A stretch of DNA of 64,000 nt, taken from the NCBI RefSeq assembly GCF_009914755.1, contig NC_060932.1. One strand, written 5' to 3'. Position 1 is the first letter of the stretch. Each line of letters opens with the position of its first letter. The position numbers were made by a program, and so were the translations under genes. This DNA is from the human T2T-CHM13v2.0 reference genome, Homo sapiens. Positions 1 through 14,772 of this stretch are shown here, in pieces. The notes under the pieces were generated by a model. It was not told the origin of the DNA, made no database searches, and saw nothing but the letters and a program-made list of their open reading frames with translations.

Positions 1-59
1 GCACTGTCCAAAGCCCCAAAAATACAATGGCACATAAGAAAGGTCTTTGTCTTATACAG

Positions 60-440
60 GCTATATTCTAAAGGGGGTGCACATAAAAAAAGTCACTGAA
101 GGGCTTAAACAGAGATTGATCCAATCCAATTTATGTTGTAGATTACTTTTCTGCTGGGTAGAGAGTGAGTTAAAGGGATCAAAGGCTAAAGAGGTAAGAT
201 TTTTTTGAAGGCAGTTAGAGGGATAAAGGGGGTCATATTGAAGATATAAAGAAGTAAAACTTAAAAGATATTTACAGATAGAGTTTCTAATTGGACTGGA
301 TATGGTCGATGAGAGTAATGGTGGAATCTTGAATAATTGCTGTATTTCTGGCTGAAGTAATCAGGGGTATGTGATGCCTTTTACTGTGATGTGGAAAATT
401 AGGGGGAAGTAGGAAGAATGGAAGTTTAAGGAGGGAAAAC
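60..440 (-). mobile_element. L2 remnant
   Basis: Degenerate L2-like motifs (tttctggctgaagtaa...tgatgccttttactgtgatg). Confidence 0.5.
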
Positions 441-512
441 AAACCTCCTCAGGAGAACATTATTGTTGAAGAAGGTATTACTGACTGACAATGTAAGTAA
501 GAAAATGTTGGT

Positions 513-1045
513 CAATTCATCCATCAGTGGACATTTAGATTGTTTCCTATATATCTTGACCACTGTGAATAATGCTGCAATGAATATGGGGGTACAAGTG
601 TCTCTTCAAGATCCCGATTTTAATTCTTTTGTAGAAATACCCAGAAGTGGGATTGCTGAATCATATTGTAATTCTATTTTTAATTTTGTTATATACACTG
701 ACTGGGATATTATTCAGCCGTTAACTAAAGGAAAATCTGTGAAATGCAACAACATGGATGAACCTTAAGGATGTTATGCTAAGAAAAATAAACAAGTCAC
801 AGAAGGACAAACACTGAATGATTCCATTTATATGAGGTATTTAAAGTAGTCAAGTTCAGAGAAGCACAGAGCAGAATGGTGGATGCCAGGGTCTGCAGGG
901 AGGGGAAAATGGAGAGATGTTCAATGGATGTAAAGTTTCAGTTATGCAAGATGAATAAGTTCTAGAGATCTGCTGCACAAAATTGTGCTTGTAGTTAACA
1001 ATACTGTGTTGTACATTTAAAAATTTGTTTAAAAAAGAAAAAAAA
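513..1045. mobile_element. Old L1 (L1MB/late L1MA-like) 3' end with inverted 5' segment
   Basis: 513-685 antisense ORF2 end joined to 686-1045 sense 3' UTR and A-tail. Confidence 0.8.
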
Positions 1046-1048
1046 TGC

Positions 1049-1365
1049 TCCTGGGCACGGTGGCTCATGCCTGCAATCCCAACACTTTGGAAGGTCAAGA
1101 TGGTAAGATTGCCTTAGCTCAGGAGTTCAAGACCAGCCTGGGCAAAATAGGGAGACCGCGTTTTTACTAAAAATAAGAAATAAAAATTAGCACAGCGCAA
1201 TGGCCTGTACCTGTAGTCCCAGCTGCTCGGGGGGAGACTGAGATAGGAGCCCGGGAGATACAGACTGCAGTGAGTTGTGATCATGCCACTGCACTCCAGC
1301 CTGAGTGACAGAGCAAAACCTGTCTCAAATTAAAAAAAAAAAAAGAAAAAGAAAGAAAAATAAAA
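1049..1365 (+). mobile_element. AluJ inserted in L1 tail
   Basis: Dimeric Alu with polyA, diverged. Confidence 0.9.
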
Positions 1366-2352
1366 AGAAATGCTGCATTATTGATGATCTTGATGGTCCA
1401 GAGACTGATACCCTGTGAAAAAGATAGGATTTTGACATGTAATTCAGAGGGATAAAATATAAATGTGGAGTCATTTTAGGAATATTTTAACCAACTTATT
1501 GAATTTATATTTTACTTCTTTTGAATGGAAATTAAAGTTCTAAATAATAAAAATCTATTTCCAAGTTTTTTTTTAATAAAAAGAAAAGGTGTATCAAGTG
1601 TCAGATATTTGAGCCATGCCAAAGGAGTTTCCAGCTATGTGGGACTCACCCTTCTACAGTGAGTATCAACATTTAGGGTTTGATCTGTTGGCTTTTTGAG
1701 TATCCAAGAGCAAGTATTTGGGGTTTCAGTGGGCAGGGTGAAAGTGAAGCTTGCAGATTGAAGCTGAATAGATCTTTCATATGTAAGTCAGAAAAAAATT
1801 ACAAAATATTTATGCATCATGAAGTAGCTTATTAGCGCTGTCACACCACATATTGATGACAGTGAAGAGTCTAGGCAGGGATGTTCTTTACCATCTTCAT
1901 GCCACAGGCAAGACTCAAAGGCAAACAGAAATGTTTTGGGGGGAAAATTAAGTGACTTCCCTGTAATATGTGAGTCTTAACGACAAAATCAATATCCTGC
2001 CCCATAAGCTCGTGTAATAGAAAATCTTTATTTACAATATTGGTCTCCGTTATCATTGCTTTAATCGTTATCTAAAAGTTACCATTTCTACTTTAATCCT
2101 TACTTAGAAACATCCAGTGCTGAAATATACTCACAGTTGCCAGAAACAGCTAATCAATGTTGTAAAGATTCTTCTGACATAGAAAATAAGAACTTGACAG
2201 ATAAATGGACTTTCTGTGTTGTCTCTAATCAATAGGTCAACTGGTTCTGGCGCCAAGTATTCAATATATATTTAACCTAAAAATAATAGACTCTTTTAAC
2301 CTAGTTCCGTGAATCTCTCTAAGTTAGTAGGCTATGTCTATAAGTTATTTGG

Positions 2353-2404
2353 AAAAAATGGACAGGATCATTCAATGTAAAAAATGGACAGGATCATTCA
2401 ATGT
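2353..2404. repeat. Perfect 26-bp tandem duplication
   Basis: aaaaaatggacaggatcattcaatgt x2. Confidence 0.95.
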
Positions 2405-2554
2405 AAAAAGGCAGGAAATCATTTTCATACAGGATCTTAAAGGCATCTCTGGTTCATTTCTTCTCTAAGTCTTATAGCTCAAATTTTCCTCTCTTCTTAC
2501 CCATTGCCACTCTCAGTATCTCATCCTTCAGCAGTCTTCAAACTCTCTGATACT

Positions 2555-3020
2555 ATTTAATTAATCCATCTAACATACATTAATTGAGCAGCTACTTATG
2601 TGGCAGACATTATTCTAGGTACTTCAGAACCAAGCAGACAAAACTTCCTGTCCTCGAGTTTGCATTCTACTGAGGGGAGACGGGCAAACAAGAAACATAG
2701 TAAGTAAATAAATTAAATAGTATCTTAGAAAGTGATAAGTGCTGTGAAAAAAAAAAAAAAAGGCAAAGTAAAGGAAGCTAAGGAGGATCAGTACGGTAGT
2801 GTGAGAGGTTAGTTAGCTCATTGGACCAGGGAGTCCTTATGGAGAAGGAGAGATCTAAGCAGACTTGGAGGAGGAAGAGTTGACCAAGCAGATAGCTGTG
2901 GGAAGAGCATCCCAGGCAGGGGAAATAGCCAGAGCAAATGCCCAAATCCAGGAGTGTGCCTGGCTTATTCCAGGAACAGCAAGGAAGCCCTTATTGGCTA
3001 CTGTGGCCAAGTTAAGAGGT
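2555..3020 (-). mobile_element. L2 3' end
   Basis: ttaattgagcagctacttatgtggcagacattattctagg resembles the reverse complement of the L2 3' terminus. Confidence 0.75.
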
Positions 3021-3564
3021 AGAGCTGCAGCAACAAAGTCAGTTTCTTTTCTGTTTCCCACACCAGGACTCAAGTCACAAATGTAGGCATTATCATAGAC
3101 TCCTCCTTCCTCCACCATCCATTCTATCATTAAATCATGTTGGTTTTGCCTCATCCATATCTTTCTAATATCTTTTCCGGCTTATCTTATCTGGATGATA
3201 GGAATGCCAGTAAATTTTAATTTTCAGACACTTTCATTGCTTACTTTTTCTTTGTAAAACTGTATATTACATTTATAAAAAATAGTAAAATAATTTTATA
3301 ATAAAAAGGTTATTAATAAGCTGTTGCATTAGGGGAAAGCCTTGCCCTACTTATTTATTGACATGGGGAAATATATGACATTGTTTAGTGAAAAAGCAAT
3401 CTATCATTTTATACCACATCTGTATTTAGAGAAGAGAGACTACAAGATACACAATAACAAGTTAGAGATGATTTTCTCTGGACATTGTGATAACAGGTGA
3501 TTTTCCATTTGCATTTTTCTACACTGCTACATGTCTTATGCATTGAATATATATTATTTCTATA

Positions 3565-3854
3565 ATTTTTTTTGAGATGGAGTTTTGCTCTTTCACCCAG
3601 GCTGCAGTGAAGTGGCTTGATCTCCACTCACTGCAACCTCCACCTCCTGGGTTCAAGCGATCCTCCTGCCTCAGCCTCCCAAGTAGCTGCGGTTATAGGC
3701 GCCCACCACCACACCCGGCTAATTTTTGTATTTTTAGTAGAGATGGGGTTTCTCCATGTTGGCCAGGCTGCTCTCAAACCCCCAACCTCAGGTGAAGCAC
3801 CCGCCTTGGCCTCCCAACCTGCTGGGATTACAGGCATGAGCCACCACCCCTGGC
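3565..3854 (-). mobile_element. AluS
   Basis: Full Alu; TSD tctataattttt. Confidence 0.92.
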
Positions 3855-6023
3855 CTATGTCTATAATTTTTAAAAACAGCAATGTTGTTTTTTATATGTT
3901 TTATATATTTTAGTAAAACTAATACTAAAAACCTGAACAGTATTACATATTTACATTGAAGCTACCTTTGTTAATGCTAATTAAATCTTCTACCCATTCC
4001 TCCCTCTTGATATGCACTACAACCCTACTGACTGATTGGCCACATCTAGAAATCCAAGAAAAGAAGACATTCGTGCAATTGTTTCTTGTTTATGCAGCCC
4101 TAAGATAAGTGAAAATGACTGAAAAAACTGACATTGGAGAGACTACATAGGAAGAATCTGCCATTCTTCTAAATGGCAATATGGTTAAGGGCTGGAACTA
4201 TTAACATAAACTTGGGAATACTCATCACATTTTTGTTCAGATTCCCAGCACCAATAATATTGTCTATTTGGCTCAGCTGTTTAATACCGTTTAATTTCTA
4301 TTTCTCTGACCTGAAAGCCTGTCTTCCCTCATATTGAGAAGAGTTCATTATCATTTCCATCTCTCCCCTGGGAATTGCATTCATTTGCTCACCTCCTAAT
4401 CATAAAGGGTTAAACTATGGACCTCACCTTACCTTGTTCCTAGAAATCCTGACCAGAAAAGCTCTCCTCAATGAGCCCTCAGTGTCTTTATTTTATATCT
4501 AAGCCATCTTCCCAGTCAATGAGCCTCCCTAAAAGATTAATGTAGTTTGAACTTTTATAGAGGAATATCATTTGTGCACTGTCATATTTAGCACAAATGG
4601 TGCTTCAGTCACAGCTCAGTAATATTCCAGCATATTACTTCCAAGGCATTTGAGAGTTTAAAGAATTATTGAAGGGCACGCTGTACTCATTTGGTAATAA
4701 AGCAGAGAGCACTGCTTTCTACATATGATTTCAGCAAATGGAATCTCTGCTAATTTCACTGCACGTAGCAAAATAGTTGTGATAATAACCAAGGTAAAAT
4801 ATCCCACTGGAGGGAATAGATTAGATACATTTTTTTATTAGATCTCCAAGAAGTATTGAGGAGGAAGTTCTAGAATTTGAGGGCAAGATGTTGAGAAATC
4901 ATCTTCTCTCATTGAATATGTACCCTTGACATTGTGGTTTGTCAGCCCTGGGTGAGAAGTCACAGCCGTTACTTGGCCATTATTTGGCTGCAGAGTCCAC
5001 TGAGCTGCACAGGCACCCTGCAGAGGGATGGGGGCAGTACAGGCATTAAAGAGAAATAAAGGAGTTAAAATCATTTAGAGAAAAAAATGTAACTACACCA
5101 AAGCCCAGGTATTTGGTCAGAAAATTCCCTTTTGCAGCTTTGTAAAGAGCATAGATGAGATAAGTTTAGGTACTTTTTTAACATTTAAATTGATAGCTAT
5201 GTTTTAGAGGAAGGAAAGGTCTTGCTCTCTGTCAGGTGTCACCAAATAGTAGTTTAAAGGTTTCTGGATGTGTGTGAATCAGAAAGAAAGAGAGACACCT
5301 GCTGTCATGAAAGGACCTTTTCATATAGATCCTGTTCCAACTCTGTCTCAGGTGTTGGCCTTATTTCTTTACCAAATTATACATTCTAAGCAATTATAGC
5401 ACTTACATTAATATCTCCTAGTTATAAGAATCCCGAGAGCAGAAGTGGAACTCCCATTTCTAGGTAAAGGAAGGCCTAATTTTGCCATTTGGGGAACAAG
5501 CATATTTGAAATCCATTGCAATTTCTTCTGCTTATTAAAAGTTACTCTCTGGTATTAGAATCAACTTGCTGAGACATTTTGAGAATACTCAGTTATTTGT
5601 ATTAGTTTGAAAATATCCAACCCTTAATTTAGAGAGCAGACAGCTGCGCTCCTCTCTTCTCCCACTGCTTCTCAACAGTGTTGAGCCCTTCTACTCCACT
5701 GCTGTCTTTACTTCCAACCAGAGGAATGTCTGCCTTTTAAGTGGATGCTCCTGGGATATTATCTGTGGGCAGCATCTTCATGTCTCTTACTAAGGGAATG
5801 TGAAATTATTTCTGCAACATTTTGGTATCACCCACCACTTAGAAAAAGTAGTCAAAAGTACAGGTAGCACATGAAGCGCCTTAGATTTTCAACCAGATAT
5901 AAACCCAACAAAAACCCTACAAAGTATACAAATGCCCAAAATGACTCATCTGACTGCTGCTGAGGTGACAATATGCCAAAATCCTTAAAAGTATAAAAAG
6001 ATGCTTTTACAGATTTTTTTTAA

Positions 6024-6386
<363 letters not shown>

Positions 6387-6817
6387 AAGACTACAATTTT
6401 TTTTTTCAGGTAACTTACTCCTCTCCAGGTATCCTATGTTGACGTAAACAACCAACATATTCTATTTTCCTGCATATGTCATTGTTCAGGGATGACCATG
6501 GGCCTTTACAAGAGCCAGTAAACATGAAATTCAGAATATTGGTTCAGATGTATTCTTTTCCCCATTAAAATAAATTATAAAAACACACAGCACTAAGAGT
6601 TACTGGACGTTATCTTGCAAGCACTAGGGAGAATCAGACTTGGGATAAAGCTGACACCTTAAAGGGCAAAGTAGAGGGAAGAAAAACAATGGCCCCCCCC
6701 TTGATAATATTATTGAGCCTCGACACCACGTTCTGAAGCCCAACTTAGCTTTGTTTTACAGCAACATAAACTAATTGGTCCCTCTTAATAATAAGGTAAT
6801 TTAAGACAGGCTTTCAG

Positions 6818-7146
<329 letters not shown>

Positions 7147-7959
7147 TAACAACATAAAGTGCTAACTAATAAAGATCTAACATATCCAGAAAAAAAATAT
7201 TAAAACTCTAATCAACAAGCACATTGTCAAAGACTAAATAAAGCATTTTTTGACTTATAATTTTATATAGTAATCATCACCAGGCCACCCAGACTCTGTG
7301 ACAAATGAGCAAGTATGATAATTTAGAATAAGACACCATACCATTTCTCAGGTTCTGCCTGCAAAAGACCTTTTTTACTTTTTTATTTTCTTCTTTTTTT
7401 TAAATCTCTGAACAAAACTGGAATCAGGATTAGATGCAATTTTCTCTTTCATTCAGGGCCCAGATGGCAGATTGGAAGAACTTAATTTCTGGTCTCTTAG
7501 TAGAAATTTGAGGACTGTCAGCTCTTAAGATTTTAAGTAATTCAGTTAAGTGACTATAAGCTCTGAGGTTTGAGAACTGTGCTGTCTTCAGTTTTGTGGT
7601 TGTTGTGTTGTTTTGTGTTGTTTTTAATCATTGTAACATATCTCAATATTCATAGGCCATCCTTGGAGAAAATTGGCAGGGCTCTCCCCTGTGTCTGACA
7701 ACACGGATTTGTGTACAAGCCAAAGATCCCCACGGATCTGAATTGGAGCAGCTGGAGTTTCTAAGGACTGGTGTGATGGAGCTCAGTGAACATTTGGGGA
7801 CATTTGGGGAACTGCACCATGAGGTGTTTCCTTGAGAGAGGCTTGAGAATAGAAGAACGATGACATAGCAGAGGCAGACCAGGGCCCAGAGGAATGTAGG
7901 TTGTCTATGGTACTCTGGAGAGACTTTTAAAGCTCACAGATTCAATGCACCATAGGGTT

Positions 7960-8598
7960 GTGTGTGGGGCAGCAGGCAACATGCTAAAATGGTCACCAAG
8001 ATTTCCTGCCTCCTCACCCCGCTCTCCGTACACACCCTGCAGGATCCCCAGTACTGTTAATGTGATGAATGTTTCCCCTGTGATTCCATTATGTAATATG
8101 GCACAGGTGACTGTAAGAAAGAAGGATTATTGAGATGTACATAACCCAATGACCTGAAAGCCTTAAAAGCAGGGAGTTTTCTCTAGCTAGTGGCAGAAGG
8201 GAAGATTAGAAACTGGGAGAATCAGAGGGATTTGCTTCATCATTGCAGGTCTGCAAATGGAGGGGCTACGTGGCAGGGAATGTGAGCAGGATCTGGTTGC
8301 TGAGAGCAGCCCCAGCTGACAACCAGCGAGGAGGTGGAAATCCTAGTCCTGCAACTGCAACCAAGGGAATTCTGCTAACAACAAGCAAAAACTGAAAAGT
8401 TGATTTTTCTCTAGAGCCTCCAGACAAGAACTCAGCCCAAGTGACACCCTGATTTTGGCCTTGAGTTCATCCTACACAGAGAACCCCACCTTGCCATGCT
8501 GGACTTTGACTTACAGAACTGTGGGCTAATAAGTGGGTGCTGTTTTAAGCCTCTAAATTTGTGGTAACTTGTTACCCAGCAATAGATAATGAATGCAT
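7960..8598 (+). mobile_element. MLT1-family MaLR solo LTR
   Basis: 3' terminus ttttaagcctctaaatttgtggtaacttgttacccagcaatagataa. Confidence 0.8.
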
Positions 8599-8964
8599 TT
8601 CTCAAATCAAAACAGTAAACAGAGGAAACTATTTTGGCAGGAACAGTGAAGAATGAATGCAAGGAGGTAGAGCCGCATGTAGGAAACCTACTGAAATCAT
8701 CTGGGGTTTCCATGCATAATAAGAACCAGTGGCAAACGGCAACATAGTTCAGACCTGCACATTTTGATACTAATCATATTACTGAGTTGGAGAAGAAAGG
8801 TTTTCAACACAGAAGATGTATAAAAATCACATGGAAAGGGATATCATCTTCATAACTTCCAAAGCTCAGCCCTTATGCAGTATTGGTGGCAACACCAGAA
8901 ATGAATAACGGATTTATAATTGTATTTGTAACTCAGCCAAGTGAGTATAAATTTTTTGGCTACA

Positions 8965-9060
8965 CAGATATATATATATGTGTGTATAATATATATGTGT
9001 GTGTATATATGTGTGTATATATGGGTGTGTGTGTATATATATTTTTTATATATATATGTT
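8965..9060. repeat. Compound (TA)n/(TG)n microsatellite
   Basis: Direct reading. Confidence 0.9.
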
Positions 9061-9454
9061 TTTGATAGATATTTACTAATGATGGGACAAATATGTAAGA
9101 AGAACCTTGAGACTTACTGCCAGATTCCTAGCTCAGCAAATGGTCCCATGCATGTGGGTTAAGAAATCAGAGGTGATAGGATAAGCTAATTTTTATGGTT
9201 CTTGGTTTTCACATTAGCCCCTCTATCAATTGTTTTCTGGTTTTGTTTTTATTTCTATTGAGTGATCTTGAAGTATTTTCACCAGCTAGAGTCTGATAGA
9301 TTAAATGACAGACAAATAGACAGGCAGAGGCAGCTTTGTTGTTTACTAAAGAGTTGTATCTGATTATGTACAGCTTTCTACATGTGAATCTTCAAGCCTC
9401 ATTTTAAAGAATAATGTGAAGCTATCATTCACAAAAAGTTTTATTAATAGGTAT

Positions 9455-11135
9455 CATTTTTTAAAGCAGTTATAGATTCATAGCAAAATTGGGTGGAAAG
9501 TGCAGAGATTTTCTATATATCCCTGCCCCCACCCATGCACAGCCTCCCCCACTATCAACATCCTCCACCAGAATGGTTCTAACAGTTCTAACATTTGTTA
9601 GAACTGATGAACCTACATTGACACATCATTATCAACCAAGGTTTATAGTTTAGACTGGGTGTTGTGCATTCTATGAGTTTGGACAAATGTAATGACATAT
9701 GTCCACCACTGTAGTATCATAAAGAACAGTTTCACTGCCCTAAATATCCTCTGTGCTCCACATGGTGCTCCTCCAAACCCCTAGCACCCATGACTTTTTT
9801 GTACAGTCTCCATAGTTTCACCTTTTCAAGAATTTCATCTAATTGGAATCATACAGCTTCTTTTACTTAGTAATATGCATGTCAGTTCCCTCCATGTCTT
9901 TTCATGGCTTCATAGCTCATTTCTTTTTAGCACTGAATAATATTCCATTGATTGGGTGTATATCTTGGTTGTTGCCAAGTTTTGACAATTACGAATAAAG
10001 GTTTAATAAACATATGTGTGTAGGTTTTTGTGTGGACCTAAGTTTTCAGTTCCTTTAGGAAATACCAAGGAGTGCAATTGCTGGATCATATGGTAAGAGT
10101 GTGTTTTGTTTTGTAAGAAACTGTCAACTTGCCTTCCAAAGTTGGGGTACCATTTTGCATTCCCACCAGCAACGAATGAGAGTTCCTGTTGCTTCACATC
10201 CTCACCAGCATTTGGTGTTGTCAGTGTTCTGGATTTTGGCCATGCTAATAGGCGTGAAGTGATATCGCATTGTTATTTTTAGTTTGCCTTTCCCTAAGGA
10301 GATGTAATGTGGAGCATCAATTCATATGTTTATTTGCCATCTGTATGTCTTTTTTGGTGAGGTGTGTGTTCAGATCTGTTGCCCATTTTTTAATTGGGCT
10401 GTTTAATCAGGTTGCTTAATTGGGTTGTTAAGTTTTTAAGAGCTCTTTGTATATTTTGGATTGCAGTCCTTCATCACATATGTCTTTTGCAAATATTTTC
10501 TTCCAGTTTGTGGCTTATCTTTTCATTCTTTTGACACTGTCTGCTGTCTTTTGCAGAGCAGATATTCTTTTTTTTTTTTCTTTTTGGGGATGGGGCCTCA
10601 CTCTGTCACCCAGGTTAGAGTGCAATGATGCAATCATGGCTCACTGCAGCCTAGACCTCTGGGGCTCAAGCAACTCTCCCACCTCAGCCTCCCATGAAGC
10701 TGGTACTACAGGCATGTGCCACCACACCTAGCTATTTTTTGTTGTTATTTGTAGAGACAGGGTACCTGATGTTGCCCAGGCTGGTCTCAAACTCCTGGGC
10801 TAAAGTGATCATCCTGCCTCAGCCTCGCAAAGTATTGGGATTACAGGTATGAGCCACTGCGCCCAGCCAAAATTATTCATTTTAACGAAGTCCAGCTCAT
10901 CAATTCTTTCTTTCATGGATCATGCCTTTGGTGTTCTGTCTAAAAAGTCTTCATCAAACCCAAGGTCATCAAGATTTTTCTCCTGTTACCTTCTAGTAGT
11001 TTTATAGTTTTGTATTGTACATTTAGGTCTATGATACATTTTGAGTTAATTTTCACGAAGAGGTGAAGGTCTGTGTCTAGGTTCACTTTTTGGTATGTGA
11101 ATGTCCGGTTGTTTTGCCACCATTTGTTGAAACAC
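9455..11135 (-). mobile_element. L1MC-like 3' fragment interrupted by an Alu
   Basis: L1MC-type 3' UTR (gatgaacctacattgacacatcattatca) continuing into degenerate ORF2. Confidence 0.85.
10568..10868 (-). mobile_element. AluJ
   Basis: Alu with J diagnostics (ctcctgggct). Confidence 0.9.
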
Positions 11136-11587
11136 AAAACACTTTTCCTTTCCCTACCAACCCAAAGAAGACAAAAGTGGGGTGCCCTAGTCGTGGGGAG
11201 GATGCATCTGTGGAGACAGTCTCAGATTTGTCATATATGAGCTGAGACTTGAGACAAGTTTACTCACATTAATTCCTCCCCTGTACATTTTGTAGAGGGA
11301 TTAAATGATGCACTGCACATAAAACACACAGTATTCCATGGAACAACAGATGTGGAATTGATAGGTATTTTATCTCAGCCAAGCCATTTAACCTCTGTGC
11401 CTCTTTTTTTTAATCTTTAAAACGGTAGTGGTAATATGAGTAGCCGTCAATGGAAATGAGAGAAAGCATGCAGGGTATGTGGTCAGCAGTGAGTACTGCG
11501 TGAACAGCAGCCCTCCCATCCGGGACCAATATAGGGATTACCACCTGATAGAAGTTGTGTGATTCTGTGATTGTTAAAACTTACACA

Positions 11588-11881
11588 TTTTTTTTTTTTT
11601 TTAGATGGCCCGCTCTGTCGCCCAGGCTGGAGTGCTGTGGTGCGATCTCAGCTCACTACAACCTCCGCCTCCCAGGTTCAAGCGATTCTCTTGCCTCAGC
11701 CTCCGAGTAGTTGAGATTACAGGCACACACCACCATGCCCGGCTAATTTTTTTGTCTTTTTAGTAGAGACGGGGTTTCACCATGTTGGCCAGGCTGGTCT
11801 CAAACTCCTGACCTGAGGTGATCTGCCCGCCTTGGCCTCTCAAAGTGCTAGGATTACAGGCATAAGCCAAAGCACCCGGCC
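11588..11881 (-). mobile_element. AluS
   Basis: Full Alu; TSD aaaacttaYac. Confidence 0.92.
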
Positions 11882-12651
11882 AAAACTTATACTTTTTTTT
11901 TCAGTAATATTAAGGGTCTTTAATTAGGTACTGCTCATTTGAGGAAGTGTCCCATTTTTCGCTGTCTTGGTTAGAAAAATACTGTGACATCTGTTTATTT
12001 GTTTCTGAATTGATGAATCACAAGTGAGTTTAAGATCACTGCAGTTCCCCACTCATGGACTGGTACCTCCTGACACACACATCGAAGACTTTGACGTCCA
12101 GTCAACATTGAGAAAAACTGCTGTGGAAAGTTCACATGGATTCTGAAGACACCATCCATTCTGGATTTTGACACGTGGTTTGACCTAATAATTTCTACTC
12201 CATAATAAACCAAATCTTATTCATTCCTCCCTGAAGCCATATGTACGTACTAGGCCATAGGTGGCCAGAAGGTACAAGTCCTCTCTAACCACAGAAAATC
12301 TCCATCAAGACTTCTGTGAGATCTGACCTGGGTGCTGAATAGGTCCAGTATTCTAGCACAATGCAAGGCACTCATTTGACACTCAGTGTAAGTTTTTTGA
12401 ATAAATGGCATTTTCAAACTTTGTGGGTTAGTTGTAGATAACTCTATATCTATTTTATATATTATTGGAATTCTGACAGTGACTACGTTCAAATTAGCAA
12501 GATAATCTCTATGCTTCTTTCTCACTTCATCCTTTTGTACTATTAGAAGTAGTATTATCTAGAGCCTGACCAAAATAATACCTCTAACTGGACTGGTGCT
12601 TAACAACTCCTCTCAGGGGTCTTTGAAACTTATTAAAATGAGTGGCCCAAT

Positions 12652-13110
12652 TGTATTCATGTTCTACTGCATGTTATAGCAAATTACCAAAAACTACCTG
12701 GCTTAAAACAACCAAATGTAACCTCTCACAGTTCTGGAGGTCACAAGTCTAAAATCAAGGTGTCAGCAGGGCTATGCTCCCTCTGGAGGCATCAGGGTAC
12801 AGTTTATTTCCTTTTCCTTGCAGGACTTCTAGAAGCACCTGCATTCCTTGACTCGTGGTCCCCTTCTCACATCACTTCAACTTCTTGCTTCCATCATCAT
12901 ATCTCCTACTACTGATTCAGGTCCTCCTGCCTCCCTCTTATAAAGACCCCTGCAATGACATTGGCTCATCTGGATAATCCAGAATAATCTCATCTTAAAA
13001 TTCTTGACCATATCTGCAAAGTCCCCTTTACTATATAAGATGACATATTCATGGGTCTCAAGCATCAGGGCATGAACATCTTTGGGTGGCCACTGTAACA
13101 GCCTACTACA
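12652..13110 (-). mobile_element. MLT1 (MLT1C-like) solo LTR
   Basis: ctcacagttctggaggtcacaagtctaaaatcaaggtgtcagcagggc; ends gcctactaca. Confidence 0.85.
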
Positions 13111-13559
13111 TCAATGATTTCTCAATTCATCTAAAATATGTATTGACAGATTGACTATCTAAAATGTACAAGGCACACTTGGGTATTGTCAGGATCATAA
13201 GGATAAGACCAAGTTCCCAATCTTAAAGAATGTATTACCTAATAAAGCAAAATAAGATACATTCATAAATGACTCTCAGTTTAAAGATTCATATAGGCAA
13301 GCACAAGGGACAGAACAATAAGGCTCTCAGAGCCAAGTACAGGAAATTAAGTAGGACACTAAATTCAGAAAGTGCCAAAAGTTAAGGTTGTCATGGCAAC
13401 ATGAACTCAGCAACACAGCAAAACCTGTTCATCAAAAGTATACACTTAACAGTTTTTCACAATTATGATCTGCTGAACGAGCAGCTTTCATTCAATGATC
13501 CGGAACCTCTTACAACTATGGATTAGCTCTTTTTCTGTGGCTATAAGAAATTGTTTCAC

Positions 13560-13960
13560 TAACCAAACTCAATTTCACAAATATTTAGATGTCATCGACT
13601 ATGTGTGAGATGTGTAAGACAAGAAGCTAAGGTCTGAGGGCATGCAAAGATAGAAAAGACATCATTCTTGATCCCAAGGAACTTTTCATCCAGGGCTACG
13701 GGCATGCAAATTATGGTAGGGAAAGTCCACTAAGCAGAAAATTGCTAAGGAAGGTCAAAGGGGTGAGAGGGCTCAGACGGCTGGGGGCGAAGAAAATTCT
13801 CCTAGATTGTGTGGCATTTGAAATGGGCTTCAAATGATGAATGGGATATTTGCAAGGAAGTGGTACGGTGACAACAGCCAAATAAAAGATCCAAAGCTGG
13901 AAAGAGCAAGGCATGTAGGGAAACAGTAGCAGTCTGGCTGAAATAAAGACTACAGGAAAG
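13560..13960 (-). mobile_element. L2 remnant
   Basis: Degenerate L2 3' motifs. Confidence 0.5.
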
Positions 13961-14416
13961 AGTCAAGTTGCTTGAAATGTGAGATTTCTACTTGTCTTAT
14001 AAAGCCAGGGCCTGGAATGATATGTAGTAATGTATTTAGCAGATAGCAGTATTTTTCATAAAGACATTACCAAATTTAAAAGATCAAAGGCCTCTTTCCT
14101 CTGTCTACTTTCCCTGATTCCCTACTGTAAAAATTTACTTTCAGAAAACCTCATATCTGATTTTCTCAAACTTCTTACTGTCCATGCTGTTTTGTGGCCT
14201 ATATTGTTCCCCCGAAATGCAAGGCAAAAGTTATATCCATTTTCAAATAAGGAGACTGAAAATCAGAGGTAAATTTCTCAAGTTTACACAAGGAAGGCAG
14301 TGGTGACGCAGCTTATCTGTGCGACTACAAAGCCCAAGACATTTTTTTTTTACTTTATTGACCTTATCACACCGTGTTGCAATTGCTTGTTTGAATGTCT
14401 CTCTCTCCCAAGTTAA

Positions 14417-14772
<356 letters not shown>

